A stretch of DNA of 63,989 nucleotides, filler included, from Dimargaris cristalligena (GCA_003614675.1; 3 parts of 3 records of this genome joined end to end with filler, not necessarily neighbours in it), one strand, 5' to 3'. Numbered from the whole stretch's first letter, positions 38,701-52,473 are shown. Program-made: numbers and translations. Notes: a model not told the origin generated them from the letters alone.

Positions 38701-39670
38701 CTGAGGGTCCAAGTCACTCTGGAGCATGCGCTGCAATCGACCGGCGGCTACCTCAATCTTGTGCAGGCCTTGGGCACTCTCGAGGGTCTCTTCCCGTAAA
38801 ATACCGAGTTCGTCATCCGAAATGGTGATGCTGTAGAGAAGGTACTCAAGCTCCTCGAGAAGGCGGGACTGGTTCTTTTCTTCAACTTTAAGCAATTCGT
38901 TCTGGGATTGGATTTCCAGGATATCCTGCTCCATGGACTATGGTCGAGACCGGCCATGGTGAAGTTTCATTCGAAATTAGTAGTGCAGATCAAGTAGAGG
39001 GAGACCTTCATTTAGTTCTGTGAGGTGAGCGTAATTGTGGCTTACTTCTGCAAAGCTAGATAAGCAATGTGCCGTCGAGAGTTAACGACTATCAGGTAAG
39101 ATACATAAGTGCTAGTGAATCAATACATTACATCTAATTCGTAGTCGTAGCCGCGGAGCCAGCTGTGAATGGCATCCAAATGGTTATTGGCGTTATCGAG
39201 CTCGCCGAGAATCGATTTCACCGGGGTATCCGCGTCAATAATCGATCGGACTGTGGTCTAACGAGTCGGCCAGTCGCGAAGTTCACATAGTTGGACAATA
39301 GGCATAGAGTAACATGTTTTGTATTAGCTCGGTTAATACTGGCAAGTATAAGCATCGGCCTTATTTGAAATACCGCGGTCACTATAGGGTTTGTTAGGCT
39401 GCGTTCTAGTATACGTTAACTTTAAGGATACATTTCAACCGACACACCCATGGGGTGGGCCGCAGTTGAGTGTAAATGTATACTTTAAAAATGGGTACCA
39501 CAGGTTATTTGGCTTACCTTCTCCAAGGCCATGAGCTCTTGTAGCAATTTCTGCTCCAGCGCAGTGGCCCCTTTGCTCGCATTCCAGCCGAATTCGCTCA
39601 ATAAGTCATCGGCGTCCAGGAGGGCAGCTTGGTTGGCCAGGTCTACATTGGCCGGATGAGTGTCCGACAT
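35793..39670 (-). CDS. SEC3: Exocyst component Sec3 (EXOC1), multi-exon, coiled-coil plus C-terminal domain
   Basis: LLSEFGW...ALEQKLLQELMALEK, DILEIQSQNELLKVEEKNQSRLLEELEYLL, ALTLWLKQME..KYKELR, EQNFIDDTF, KKRIGILPFFRVFP, ENMHYFY, RRPLGKLIEFFEGIE, KALHKRVEKHF. Many GT-AG introns. Confidence 0.9.
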
Positions 39671-40771
39671 GGTGGTTCGCGTTTAAAAGGGCAAAATGAG
39701 AATGGAGCCCAGGTTACTGGGGACTGCGTGGGGTGTTTAAGAAGAGTGGCGTAGAATAGGCCCAGAAGTGTGAACGACGGTTTATACCGTGGAATAAGGG
39801 CTTGAATGAGTTAGGTATAGCTGGTATACAATAAGATGAAACAAACGGCTCAAACAACGGTCTAGACTTCTGAACAAGGAACTGGGGAATAAGCCGACGC
39901 CTAAAAAGACTATGACTACTACTTGTCTGTCGTAGGGTACTTTGAGTTCACAATGGTAGATGGAATGACATGGGTCTTATGTTGCGCTCACAACAGACTC
40001 AACTTAAGCCATACCTTTAAGCTAAATTAGGTGTTGGTCACGTGTACAGCCCCAAATCTCAGCATTGTTGAACGTTGGTAGTAAACTCAATAGGGAATGC
40101 CGGATTATGCATCGTTACAGACTACCAAAAAAGGAACTCGTCAGAATAATTAGAAACCCAACAGCTATATGGGTTTAATAACCTCCCCTAATAGATTGGT
40201 TAGCGTACAAAGCCAATTCTTCTTACCGTATGGGTCAGATGCAACAAATATTCTTTAGAACCAAAGGCCGATAACAATTACAGCGCCCATTCATTAAATG
40301 GCATCTCGAAGTAATCACGGTTACCATGCTATAAAAATAAAAATTAGGCCCAGAAAGTGCCGAATAAAAAATATAAGAGTAATATAATATCAAGTATGAT
40401 ATTATTGAAAGATAGTTTATACGCCTGTGGGAGACGGTGATAAAACACCAAGTAATTAGTAAATAAACCGGACTCTTTATTTTAATAGCCGTTTTAGGGA
40501 TGCAATATTCAACTAATAAGAAATAACGGAAGGATTGTGCAATGGACATAGTGCGGTGGTCAAAAGAATCGCCGCAAGAGGTGTAATAAGTTCATAACTA
40601 AATGTCGCAATGAAGTTGCAAATGGTATTAGTATGGGTTGTGAATGGGGGGGGGGTAGAGCTAGCTCAGTTGGAGAAAGATTGTCAATGTTTCGATCAAC
40701 AGCGAAGTAGATAAGCGAGAAGGGTAGTGGAAATAATTTTTGAATCATTTACGTCGTCAGGAACAGTGAGC

Positions 40772-42846
40772 TCAGTCGTGATAGCACATGCCGAGTATCG
40801 GCCGGGGTAGTATGACATTGGGGTGAAGATGAAGTAAGGCGACGTTTCCGCTAGGTTGATCGGGCAGGGTGAATACAGTACTGATCGATTGGTTATTGAC
40901 AATATCGGGTATATCCATTTGGGCCGAATAGGGTGAGCGAAGAGTTGCACCAGGAAGTAATACCGGGCGATTTTTGACAAAACCCACCAGGAAATGTTCA
41001 TTAAGGAACTTCATTGCCACCCGAGACTGTCCCTTGTACTGGGGCGAATTGTGGAGACCGGAAATGGCCCCATGAAGTCGATTGCGGGGCCCTACCATCA
41101 GGTACACCTCTCCCAGAGTATTTCGCCATTTCTCTTCATTCGTCAAGGATAATTGCGACGGTGCCATAGCCTTGAGCAGCCGTTTTTCATCAAAAATGGG
41201 CGGTAGCCCCACGGTCTTCTGGCGAAGTTCGTTATTTGATAATACCAGTCTCGCGTTCGTGGGGTAATACTCGAGGATGGGAGACCGGCTGTCAACCATC
41301 AGGTTCGCAAATGCCTCAGGCAGGCACGACAAACAACCGGTGGGAAAGACAACCATTAACTGCTCAAAGGGCTTGCGTGGCTGTCCGTTCGGAAATTTAA
41401 TTTTCATAGTAGCGACCTTGATATCGGCAGCCAGCGGTGGCTGATCGTAGGGGAAGAACCAGGACCACGAGGGACAACCCTTGTAATAATAATTGAGAAG
41501 CCAGAGCATTCCCTCGATATAGGCTTTTGTCAGACGGCCCCGTAATCCAGACCGACCATGCAGCTTGATACCGAATACTTTCGAGTAGTATGCTTGGCGA
41601 AAGGTAGTCCATCGATGCTGCATGACAAATTGTTGATCCAAATCATTTTGGCTACCACCGGGGTGGGGAGGGGTCGATGATGGCATACCTGTGTTAGAAG
41701 AAATAACGCTTGTATAGAGATGTTTCGGCCATTTTGAGTGCTGACCTAGGTACATCCCGGTCTCTTTCTGTCCCGATATCTTCGTCAAGTTCTTTTTGCT
41801 GGCGGCGGTTTTCAAACACTTATTTTCCTTACGAAGTCTCTTCGCCTGTTTCTTGGCCTGGCACTTTATCGGGGGGGCTACAAACGCACTGCCCCAAATT
41901 TTGTCGATATTCTTCTGCTCACTGTCGGCCAGGCGGCACATAATCATTTGAACGAACTCTAGATCAATATCGCAACCATATGTTAGATAAGTGCCCCGTT
42001 GGGCAAAAATTTCTTGCCAAACTTCGAATAAGACTCGGAGCTTGTCCGCCTCTAGATTAAGTTGGGGAAGGACTGGTAGAAACGCGCAGTTAACCATGAA
42101 ATAGAGAAAAACCCAGTCGTCTATAGTCGCCTCCAAGTCATCCCCGTCCAAAGGCTGTTCGCTGCCACTGAGCTCGACCTGAAGGTATTCCCGTAGAATA
42201 TCGATTTGCACCAAACAGAATCCACTGTCCACTGACTTCATCCGGCCGCCAATGAGACCGTCCGACATATTGGGTTGAGTTTCTGTGCCCCGGGAGCCAT
42301 CAAAATGTTCCCGCAAAATGGCGAAGTGCGGTTCGTGGGTGATAAGAGCCAACGTAATCAAATCGGCGTCGGGGCTATAGAGAACATGGCGGGTGTTGGC
42401 CTTGTAACTGTGTGATGCTCGCTGGACCCGAATAAAGTCCATGATTTTGTGCCTGGCTTCTCCCGGAACGGCGGAGTCGGAAATAATTACCTGGATGGCC
42501 TGCCAGGCCGGCTCACTGCTAATACATTTGGCCGCGTGGTAATGGAGGCAGTTGGTCAGGCGGGCCATGAACGGAGTCCCCGGTGCTATAAGAATCGGCT
42601 CCGTTTGAGTTGTAGAATTATGGTCTACCATACCAGACTTTTGGTCCACTTCCGAAAAGATCCACTCCATCGGCCTGGCTGGGGGACCTAGCTGGAAATG
42701 TTGAAACTGTCGGTGGCGCATTACAGCCCGGGGCACCACACCATCCACCGCAATGTAGAGCAAATTTCGCGGTCGAATAAGCGCGAACAGGTGGTCGATG
42801 TACTCGCAAATGGCGACCATTACGTGCTCCTCAGTCGGTGGGGCAG
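40772..42846 (-). CDS. XRN2/Rat1-like 5'-3' exoribonuclease homolog with degenerate active site; 5' end cut by contig end
   Basis: PTEEHVMVAICEYIDHLF..IRPRNLLYIAVDGV.PRA, PGTPFM, SD..VPGE..HKIMDFIR.QR, NTRHVLY..DADLI.LAL.THEPHFAILRE, AYIEGMLWLLNYYYKGCPSWSW, KPFEQLMVVFP, SPILEYYP. Intronless ORF of more than 680 codons. Confidence 0.9.
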
Positions 42847-42946
42847 NNNNNNNNNNNNNNNNNNNNNNNNNNNNNNNNNNNNNNNNNNNNTTAATTAATT
42901 AANNNNNNNNNNNNNNNNNNNNNNNNNNNNNNNNNNNNNNNNNNNN
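42847..42946. other. Artificial contig linker (N44-TTAATTAATTAA-N44)
   Basis: Same structure as 21378-21477; the genes on both sides are truncated at it. Confidence 0.97.
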
Positions 42947-44012
42947 TGCTTATCTCGGTTACCTGCTCTACTTGGCCATCTCCGGCACCAATGATGTGGG
43001 TTACGTGTCGCTGATTCTGTTGGCCGCCGTCTACGGTCTCCAGGCCCTCATTTTCCTGATCAAACGGCAGTGGCAGCACATTGGCTGGATGATCATTTAC
43101 ATCCTAGCCATTCCCCTTTTCTCGTTTTTCCTGCCCGTCTACTCCTTCTGGCACTTTGACGATTTCTCGTGGGGTAATACCCGCGTGGTCGTTGGTGACA
43201 ACAAGAAGGCCATTGTCATTACTGACGAGGGTAAGTTCGACCCCAAGGATATTCCGCTGAAGAAGTGGGCCCAGTTTGAACAGGAAATGTGGGAAGTCCA
43301 GTCCAATGGATCGCAAGACTCGCGCCCCGCTAGCCGTGCCCATACCCACCAGTCTAACCGCCCCATGTCAACCATGAGCCACGCCCTGCCCCAGATGCCC
43401 ATGCCCGGTCCGTTCAATACCGGCGGTCGCCCCGGGTCCCGCGCCGGCGACATGATGTCTCAGTACGGTGGTGCCACGAGCGGTAGCACCAACGCCCCCA
43501 TGCTCCCGCCCACGGCCATTGGTGGCCCCTTGGATATGGGAATGAATAACCGGCCCATGTCTTCCATGAGCTCCCAATACCACCCAGGACCCGGTGCTGG
43601 TAATATGATGCCCCCGCGTAGCTCCCACTATGTCAGTATGGTTGGCCCCCCCGACTACCGTAATTCCCGGGGCGTCTCCCAGATGATGCCCCACGAGATG
43701 GGTGGAGGGCCCCTCGGTATGGACTACCCCGCTCGTCCCGGTAGTGCCGCCTCCCACTATTCCCAGCAGAATGCCCCCCACCATCCCCAGAGCTTCTACA
43801 TGGGTACCGGTGCCCCCGGTAGTTTCGAACATCTCCCCTCGGACGATGAGGTTCTTCAGGAGATTCGCAATATTTTGGCCACCGCTAACCTGATGACCAT
43901 TACGAAGAAGCAGGTCCGGGAGCGTTTGAACGACTACTTCCGCTGCGACTTGACACCCAAGAAGGATTTTATCAACTCGAGCATTGAATTGATCCTGCAG
44001 GGCAAGCTCTAA
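42947..44012 (+). CDS. 3' part of a class V/VII (myosin-motor type) chitin synthase with DEK_C domain
   Basis: LLAAVYGLQALIFLIKRQWQHIGWMIIYILAIP...YSFWHFDDFSWGNTR and the terminal PSDDEVLQEIRNILATANLMTITKKQVRERL...FINSSIELILQGKL. 5' part missing at the contig start. Confidence 0.95.
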
Positions 44013-46756
44013 ATGTCATTCGTGGTTAGCGGATTATACGATCCCTTTGCCTTAGGGCCACCGTCATTCCTGCTCCACCTCTTATATATATTTATATATA
44101 TATACTTTGCCTCGACTTCTAACTCCTAAAATTCTTACTCTCTAGCCCCAGTCCTTTTTCCATATTGTTGCCGTTTGTTCCCTATTCGGCCCCCGTTTTA
44201 CATTTAAATTGGCTCAACACCCCCATGTCATTTATATTTATTTTTCATTGGTAGGAAATAACAAAACCCTCCATGATTACTCAATTGTGCCTCTTTCTTC
44301 ATCAAATACTTCCCTTTTTGTCGCTTACCCAGCTTTAGTTTAGAGGTAACTACACATGAGGGTGTGTACTTGGTCCCCATACTATTACAAGTTCCGTTTA
44401 GTTCCTCTCCACGGCGTGTGCCTTGGGGGGGGAGACTTTCGAGAAAACTCTGTATCTCCAAATACCACACTTTCCCACTTCCTCTCTCACTAGTCTCTTC
44501 CTAATTTCTTTTATATACCGGGTTTCCATCCACCGTTATAGTAGTACATTCAATTAATATTCGTTGTTCTTGCTTCCAACCCCATCCTCTAACCCGCCCC
44601 CAATTCATTATTCCGTATCACTCTCTTTTTTTTCTCTTAATACTATTACTTACCCATTAGTTGACAATCTTTCAGTATATTTGTGCCCAGTCTTTTTTCC
44701 ATCTTAACTTCTAATAGTTTGTCTCCCATATCCATCTTCCCCCATTGCAAATTCAATACAGTTTCAATCAAGCGATCGAATCCCTAAATCAAATAAGGAT
44801 TGCATTTTAAGTAAGAATTTGGACGCGCGGCATACTATGAGTCAGGGCTGTATAGTGGGTTGGTGAGTTGGTTTTGAACACGATATAGTGCTGGCTGGGG
44901 CTTGTTAACTGTGATCGACTAGGCGAAGTAGGCTGGTGTTAAATAAAAGATGGAGTTTATGTTAAGAAGTACTACTATTATGCCCCACTGGTTAAATAAG
45001 AAACTTAAAATAAAAATCATGAAATCAGCTATAGTCCATCGATCCGAGTGGTTTCGAGCCCTCTTAATTTAATTTAATAAGAATCTGGATCCATCTTAGG
45101 AGGTAAAGCACACCACCTATCCACTTACCAGCTTTTATACCGACTGCCAATGCCAAATAATTCTAAAGTTATAGAACTAGGTTGAAATAGCTTTCTCACC
45201 ACCACTACCATCACCACCAACTACGATCATAGGACACTTAAGAGAGAAGCCCTTATTCCCAAAAAAAGGGATAGGTCGATGATCCACGTCTTTCACCCCC
45301 TCCCTCCTCACATTAACCCGGCCAGGTCGCATTGCTCATTAGTCTGACCCAGGTTACTGTAAATTATATTCATGTCAAATCACGATTTTATCTAATCAAA
45401 GGTAGCTAATGACAGCAATGGTCATGCTTGTGCTTCAAATACAGATAGTTCATTAAAATGCCATTTGGTGGCGTCACCTACACATCCTATAAACTATTAG
45501 GTTTAGACGGAAAGCGGGTTTCTGGTCTACATTAAAGCAAAAAATTAAAGAAAGGGGGCTCTGCTGCCCCACAAGGTGGAGTTGCCCCTATTCGGAATAT
45601 AGGTTAGAACTGGGGATACCCCCCGACATAAATTAATGCATTTTTTCCAATTTATGTCTCAGACTCATCAAGCAACCCCGATTTGAGGCCATCTAACCAG
45701 CAATACAATTGTCATTCCGGGTTTATAGGTTAAATTCAAACAAGAATATAGCTGTGACACCTCCCATATCCCAGTAATTTATGGAAGAATATCAATATAT
45801 GTATATAGAGAGGGAGTGGGGGAGAGCAAACCACGTGTGTGTATGTAAATAGATAATAAAGACCACCCTAAAATAAAATGTAGGCAGCCTAGATAAAAAA
45901 AGAGCCAACATGTTAAATGCGTGTTCGAAATTGAAAGGAAAATAAAGGTAGAGCAAGAGATCCTGGGAAATAAGCAAAAGGGGAACGAAATATAACGTGA
46001 TGTAGTGTATAATAATAATAAATACGGAGATTAAAAGCAGGCATTTAAAGAAATAGAGAGAAATGGACGATAGAGAGCCAATTATGGGGATATAAATAGC
46101 CAAAAGGGCAACCTAAGCCAATTGAATCGAGGTGATAAAATATATCGAAAGTGAGACCAATATAAATAAATACAAGTCTGGTTGAAGGCGAATGAATAAG
46201 CGAATATAGAATGGAAACGGCAACAGCCGACTGGGTATTGTTAAGCAAAAAAAAATGGAAAAAAATAGATTTCATGAAAAATGGAATAAACCCGAATTGG
46301 AATCAAGCCATTGGCCCATCCCTTCCCCTCTGACTCAATAGAATCCCCACGGGTAGATTGCGAACCCCAAGAAGTCCTTCACCCTCTATAATAGGTCGCG
46401 GAGGTTGGGGAATGAGTGGGTTGTGTGGAACTCTAAACTCATATGAAACAATAGAACGAGCAACTACAAATTAATGGACGAAACGCCACTGATGATGTTG
46501 ATTTTTGTATAGGATAATATATAATAATAATAATAAAAAACGGGGGCTAAAAGCTAGGACTAATATCGGGAAACGCAAAAGCTATAAGCGCAACCGTGCG
46601 GATGGTAGAAAGCCTTCAAAATATATTTGATACGAAGCAGTCCCATCCAAGTATATGTATATATATATAAAGAATTAGGGGCAACACTATATATGTAATC
46701 ATCACACACCTCATTGGGCTCAAAGAGCAAGCGCGAATATAATAAGTAGCCAGCAA

Positions 46757-49700
46757 TTATGATTTGTCAGCACTGGTGTTAAACGCCGCCGCTGGTCGCG
46801 GATCGGCTGACGCATCGGAGGCGGATGGTGGCGGGGCAGTATCGGCCTGTTGAAAATCGCTAAATTCGGTATCCTCTTCGAACTGATCCATCATCGTTGG
46901 AGCTGCTGACTGGTCGTTTCCAGTAGCAGCTGTGGTAGAGGCGGCCTGCTGCTGAGAACCACTGGGACGGGAAGCACCGTTGCCGGAATCCGTTTGGAAA
47001 TCGAAGCCTTCTTCGGTGATGACCTCCTTGAAAGGACTCGACCGGCCGTCGGATTGGGTTTCAAAAGCCTGGAGGAAATCAGCAGACCAGTCAGCCACAG
47101 TCAAGAGTTCAGTGCCAGCCATACTAGGGCTGGCGGCCACCATGGTGGCATCGGCGGTACTTAGTCCGTCGGGCTTGGTACCGGAAGTTGTAGGACCTCC
47201 AGTACTTGAAGTCGCACCATTATTGCTACCCGCGGGACGCTTCTCGCCGGCGTGAGAGACGGAGGAAGATCCCGCCGCAAATGACTCGTCAGCCTCGTCG
47301 TCGCTGCTGTTCTCGAAGGTGCCTAGGGAGGATCGCCGGTTGTTAAATACATCGGCTTCGTTCCCCAGCTTAGCCAGAGTAGGATTAGTGGCGGTACCGG
47401 TGGAATAATCAGGGTCGCTAAGGACCATGGCGTTGTCCGAATTAGGGTGCATAAGGGTGTTATTACTGGTGGTGGGCAGGTTCCGATCAAAAGTGAGTTC
47501 TTTACGATACTCGTTAATCCATCCAATCTCGGCGTCGTCGTCATCCCCCTCGTCGATGACGTCGTTTTCATCGTCGGAGGAGTTGCCGGCTAGGTGTTCC
47601 GGTAGTTCCGATGTGATTTGATGGCTTAGGTACCGGACGAACTGATCGCCTTCCATGCCGGCCCCTGTTCCACCCAGTAGACCTAGGCCTCCCATCCGAC
47701 CCATTCCTCCGCGAATACCGTTGTAGCCCTCTTCATCCTCATCGTCATCGTCGTCATCATCGTCATCATGAGGACCGTCCTCGTCCATGTCTTCGTTCAT
47801 GGATTCCATGTACGACGAGTCTTGCAGACGGGCCAGCATGTTGATGTTATCGGTGGGCTTTTCGCCGCCGAGGGGCAGACGGTCCCGCTCCCGGGCTTCC
47901 CGTAGGGCCGCGACAAACTCCCGCCAGGCCTCGTCGTTCATGTATTCCTCGAGCTGCTCGAGCAGGGGCGAGGTACAGCGCTCAAAGAGCCGCACCACTT
48001 CTTCGGCGATGCCAGTGAGGTGGCCCATATAGCCAATCCGTACGCCCTTGGGCTTCTCGCATTCGGCCTGGTTTAACCGGTGGGCCTCGGCAATCCGGGT
48101 GGTGAGCTTGGCGTCCTTGAAGGTCGTCAGGATAAGGGCCCGGTTGCACTCCAGGGCGAAGGGCAGATTGAGAATCTGGTGAAGCATATCAAACACCACC
48201 GAGTGAAGGAAGTTATTCCAGGGGAATTGGAAGAAGAGGTCGAGGCACATGGGGACCACCGAGTGCTCGATCATCTTCCATTTCAGGAGCTGGCCGACGG
48301 GGACCCGGTCGAGGTTAGACGGGATGGAAATACCGCTGGCGCCTAGGGCAGCCGCGGCATCTTTAGGGGTACCGTCGGCAGAATCTATGGCAACATTGTC
48401 CCCGGTAGTGGAGGGTACGGAGTCGATGGGCATGTCCCGCGGGGGTGATACAGACATGGTATCGTCAGCAAGAGCGGCGGCGGAGGGATTGGATCCGTCG
48501 GCGGAGGCGCTCTCGGTGCCTTCAGGGGCTACATTAAGTTTGTACATGTTAGAACAATGGAGTAATTCGGCGAAGAGTTCGCCCACCCGGAGCCGCTCAA
48601 AACCCAGGGGTTCGGCCTTGTTAGGCCCTACGGCCTGCACCTTGGACCGATGGCGGGGATGGAGCAGAAGCTCCTTGAACTGACCCAACCGGTGGGACAC
48701 TGCCCGCATCAGATCACTTAGGTCCACGGGCACCATGACGTTAGTGGGGGAGTAGTTGGGGTTGGCCTGGGGGGACACCACATTATCAGAGTAGTTGCGG
48801 CGGATGAGCTCGATGAAGATAAACACGCCATTAACAAGGGTGGAGGTGGTGTTGGGGGCATTAGGGTCCAGCATGTAGTCCATGATACGGGACACGATGG
48901 CCTCGCTTTTAAGTTCACCGACGAGGCAGTTGGTGCCGATGGAAGGTTGGTCGGGGTTATTGCATTGGGAAATGGAGATAATATCTATTTGGACTTGGCC
49001 GGCCATGGAGTGGGTCTGTTGGAGGAGTAAATAATGGTAATGCAGATTTATGTGGGGTGAATGCAGGTGAGTGACGGGTTGGAATATTTTGCCACGACAT
49101 GGTGCAGGAATAGTAGTATGGGCAATGTGATGAAAATAGGCTACTTACATCTACATCATTATGGGGGTCCAAAAGGTCGACAAGGCGCGATACTAGATTT
49201 TGAGAGCTAAGCCACTGTGGAACAGCGGGGAGGGTACATGTGGATAGGTATATATATATATATATATGCCCAAGCGAAGAATTGGATTATGTTAATATAG
49301 GAAAAGGGTATGAGGATCGATTAAGGGGGATATGCGCATACAATCACGAAGATCAGATCAATGATTGTATCAGTAGGAGTCGATTGGCTCTGGGGAATAG
49401 AATGAAAAAGAGAGAGAGAGAAGGGGGGAGAGGACACATGCGCGCATATCACCACTACCACCTTATAAAGTAAGGTACAGGGCCAAAAGGAAGTGGGTAG
49501 CGTGCATACACCATGAAGGGAGTGTCCAACTATCTACCTGTCAGACAAGCAACGTACCTCGGAAATGCCAGCTCCGACGGGGATTTCCTCCAAACTGATA
49601 AGCTTAAGCAACAAATCGATGATGGCGGAGGTTTCGATATGGTTCAAGAACTGGGACACCACGTCGGGCTGGGCCTTGATGTAGTCCAGAATCTTAACGG

Positions 49701-50094
49701 GCTCCTTCTGCAGGAACGCGCACATGACGCGGCTAAAGTAGCTGGCCTGGAGGAATTGCAGGGGGCGATCCCCGGCCATGTAACTCCAGAGGCGATCCAA
49801 CAGCTCCGGGTGCTCCACCACCACGGTGGCGAACAGGGGTTTGTCGACGGACAGGATTTCGCAGGCCAGGTAGGTATGGCGACTGGAAAGCTCTTCGAAC
49901 TCGGGGGAGACTACGTAGTCGATGAGGCGCAGCAGCACGCCCGGTTCGGCCAGATGGTCCAGGAGAAGAGTGTTTTGGCCTTTGACCTCCTGCAGCAGGT
50001 CATCCTGCTCAAAGAGCTCCTCTATGGTCAGGTCGGGTTTGTCCAGCAACTGCCGGATGTTAGACGGCTGTTGTAAACCGAAACGCCAGAACAT
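46757..50094 (-). CDS. SIT4/PP6 phosphatase-associated protein (SAPS family), 3 exons
   Basis: MFWRFG...LLDKPDLTIEELFEQDDLLQEVK; exon 2 WLSSQNLVSRLVDLLDP; IELIRRNYSD, PLGFERLRVGELFAELLHCSNM, LFFQFPWNNFLHSVVFD, RIGYMGHLT; acidic C-terminus. Confidence 0.95.
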
Positions 50095-50100
50095 CGTAGG

Positions 50101-50186
50101 TATGTGTGCGTGTGTGGGTAGGTGGGTGTGTGTATGTGTGTGTGTGTGTGTGTGTAGGTGCACGGGGGGGGTGTATGCGTGTGTGT
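50101..50186. repeat. (GT/CA)n microsatellite immediately 5' of the SAPS start codon
   Basis: Imperfect TG dinucleotide run; it accounts for the spurious HTHTH extension in the ORF track. Confidence 0.85.
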
Positions 50187-52473
50187 CTGGGGTGCGGTGG
50201 TGATAAGAATAGCAGAGTGGCGGGAACGGAAGGGTGTTTATGTGGAAGGATAATCAGCTAACCAAGGAGCAACCGGATCGGACGCGTGATGAGATGGCGG
50301 CGAATGAGGAAAAGGGGAGGGAGGGGTGAGAGAAAGTGGGAAAGAAACGGGAAGAAAAGGGAAAGGGCAAGTGAGAGAAGGAAGAAAGAGAGAGAGGAGA
50401 GGAACACCAACCAAAGGGTATCCGGATCAGGGAAGAGCGGAGTGTATGTTTTGTATGGCGAGAGTGGTTCACTACTGGACCGTGGTGGATATAGAAGAAG
50501 AGACAACAAAAGACCCCGCCAATGCAAAGTAAGCGGGAGAGAGAAAGAGAGATTAAGCCAGAGGGAGGGGCGTACAATAAAATAAGCAGGGAATCAGACG
50601 ACTAGAAATCAGCCAGGCCAAGGGAAGGAGAAGATAAAGGAGGGAAAGAGGAGGTGGGGAAAGGGCTGTATTGTTATTAGGAAGGAGCTGCTTGCTGCTA
50701 CCCCCTCCCCCACAGGGCTGATCGGTTATCGAGTCTCTCTCTTAACACACTTAGCGAGGGGATTATTGTGAAGGAGGCACTTGGAAAAAACACCCCGCCC
50801 CGCCCCTATTCCTTCCCCCAAAGGTACTAACTAAACTAAAGAGGCGAGTATACTATGTAATAAATAATCCTTTACCTACACCTACCCATGGTAGTACTCT
50901 GCCCTTCAAGGTAGGTTGCAAATTCTACCCATTGTCCTAACCGCTCGATAACTCTCTCTTTCTCTCTCTCTCTCTACCTTCTGAATCATCTAGCCAACCA
51001 GCTTACGTGGCCCACCCGGCCAAATCCAATATTCCGGAACGCCTTGGCTTCCGTAGCGCGGGGTGCTTCTTAACCCCGCCCCTTATCCAGCACACTTCCC
51101 CGGATGTGTCGCCTATTTGGTGGCTACTGTCGTCTCTCCCGCCTACGCCAAAATGGAGAAGCGCTTTTTCTCATATGAAGGGTCACAGTGAATAGGCGGG
51201 AAATGGAGGAGAGGAGAGAGGCCCACCCAGCAAGCATAAAAGCGACCAATGCACATTTACCTCTCTCTACTCTACCTGCACATGGCACACACCCGACCAG
51301 GTGCTGATCAAGCTGCCGCCGCCAACCTAGCAGGGCGTGTGCAGTTGGAAGAGAGCCCGTCCGGGTGGACTCAGGTCCCAAGGTGTAGGAGACTGTTGGC
51401 CAACTGACTAACTAACTAGCCAACTACTCTTCATGGTACACATTGGGGCGTTGTGATTTCCCGGCATCATTCATCATTTATTATTATTACTCCTTCTATT
51501 AATATTACTCTTATTCCTGATATCATAGCCATGGCCATGGTCATTATTGGTATTGTTATTGTTGTTGTTGTTGTTGTGATTACTGCTGCCGTCCGACCAA
51601 ACACGCCAACCAACTCAACACTGCATCCCTGGAGATTATCTTAGGCATCGGTTTCAATAGTACGGTAGGGTAAGCCATAATCTGGGTAGGGAAGGGAGAG
51701 GATACTCTAAGGTGGTGGTGGTGAATGAGAAACCTCCCTTACCCTCCCCCCGCACAGGCATCCCTGAATATAGGAGGAGTCCTGTGCCTCGGCTGGGGTA
51801 CCGCTGTGTGTCTTCACCCCGCTCTTTTCCAGTGCATTCGGCAATGCTTCTCCTAAGTCCAAGCACATACCCCCCACCCTTCCCTCCATACTCCGCCCCC
51901 TCTAGTGTCCTCCATGTACCCCCCCTTCTTCCATAGCTTCACTATATACACTTTTCTCCTCTTCGAATCTGACACTACTGGAATCTACGGGGGTCCCTCC
52001 CCCTGTCTAGCCCTGCTCAAGAATTAGAAAATCCCAAGAATGTAATTAAAAGGGTGTTGAGTGTAGTAAAATAACACCTGCTGTCTCCCCCCAAAAAATA
52101 ATAAGTATCGGTATCGCTGACCAGCTGGGCTTTCCCCATATGCGATTCCACCAGTGCTCGTTGACTTAATTCAGAATGATGGTCACTTTAAACACCTAGC
52201 CAATCCACATCCAACCCAGAGGGAAAAAAACAGTCGAAATCCCCACCCACTAGCCAATGGAACCGAGGATTCTTAGTAATAGACAGAGCTCAGAACCCTC
52301 CCCTCCTTTCTTATAAAATGTTGTATCAAAACTTTTCAGTAAGATTTAATGTAGTTATAACCCGAGTGGCAGAACCGGCGATAATCTAACCGGATGAAGG
52401 AGGTATGGTTCAGCCCTGTTCTATCCTGAGCCTACCTACAGTCCCTATAATACCTCAAATAAATCCGTCCAGT

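Noticed and set aside
40650-40705. tRNA-like TAGCTCAGTTGG ... GTTTCGATC
   Set aside because: No acceptor stem or cloverleaf can be formed and the spacing is wrong.
45792-46275. Hydrophobic F/L/I-rich ORFs (also 17688-17978, 19767-20033, 40235-40549, 50254-50585)
   Set aside because: Low-complexity AT- or purine-rich UTR/intergenic sequence producing spurious membrane-like translations.
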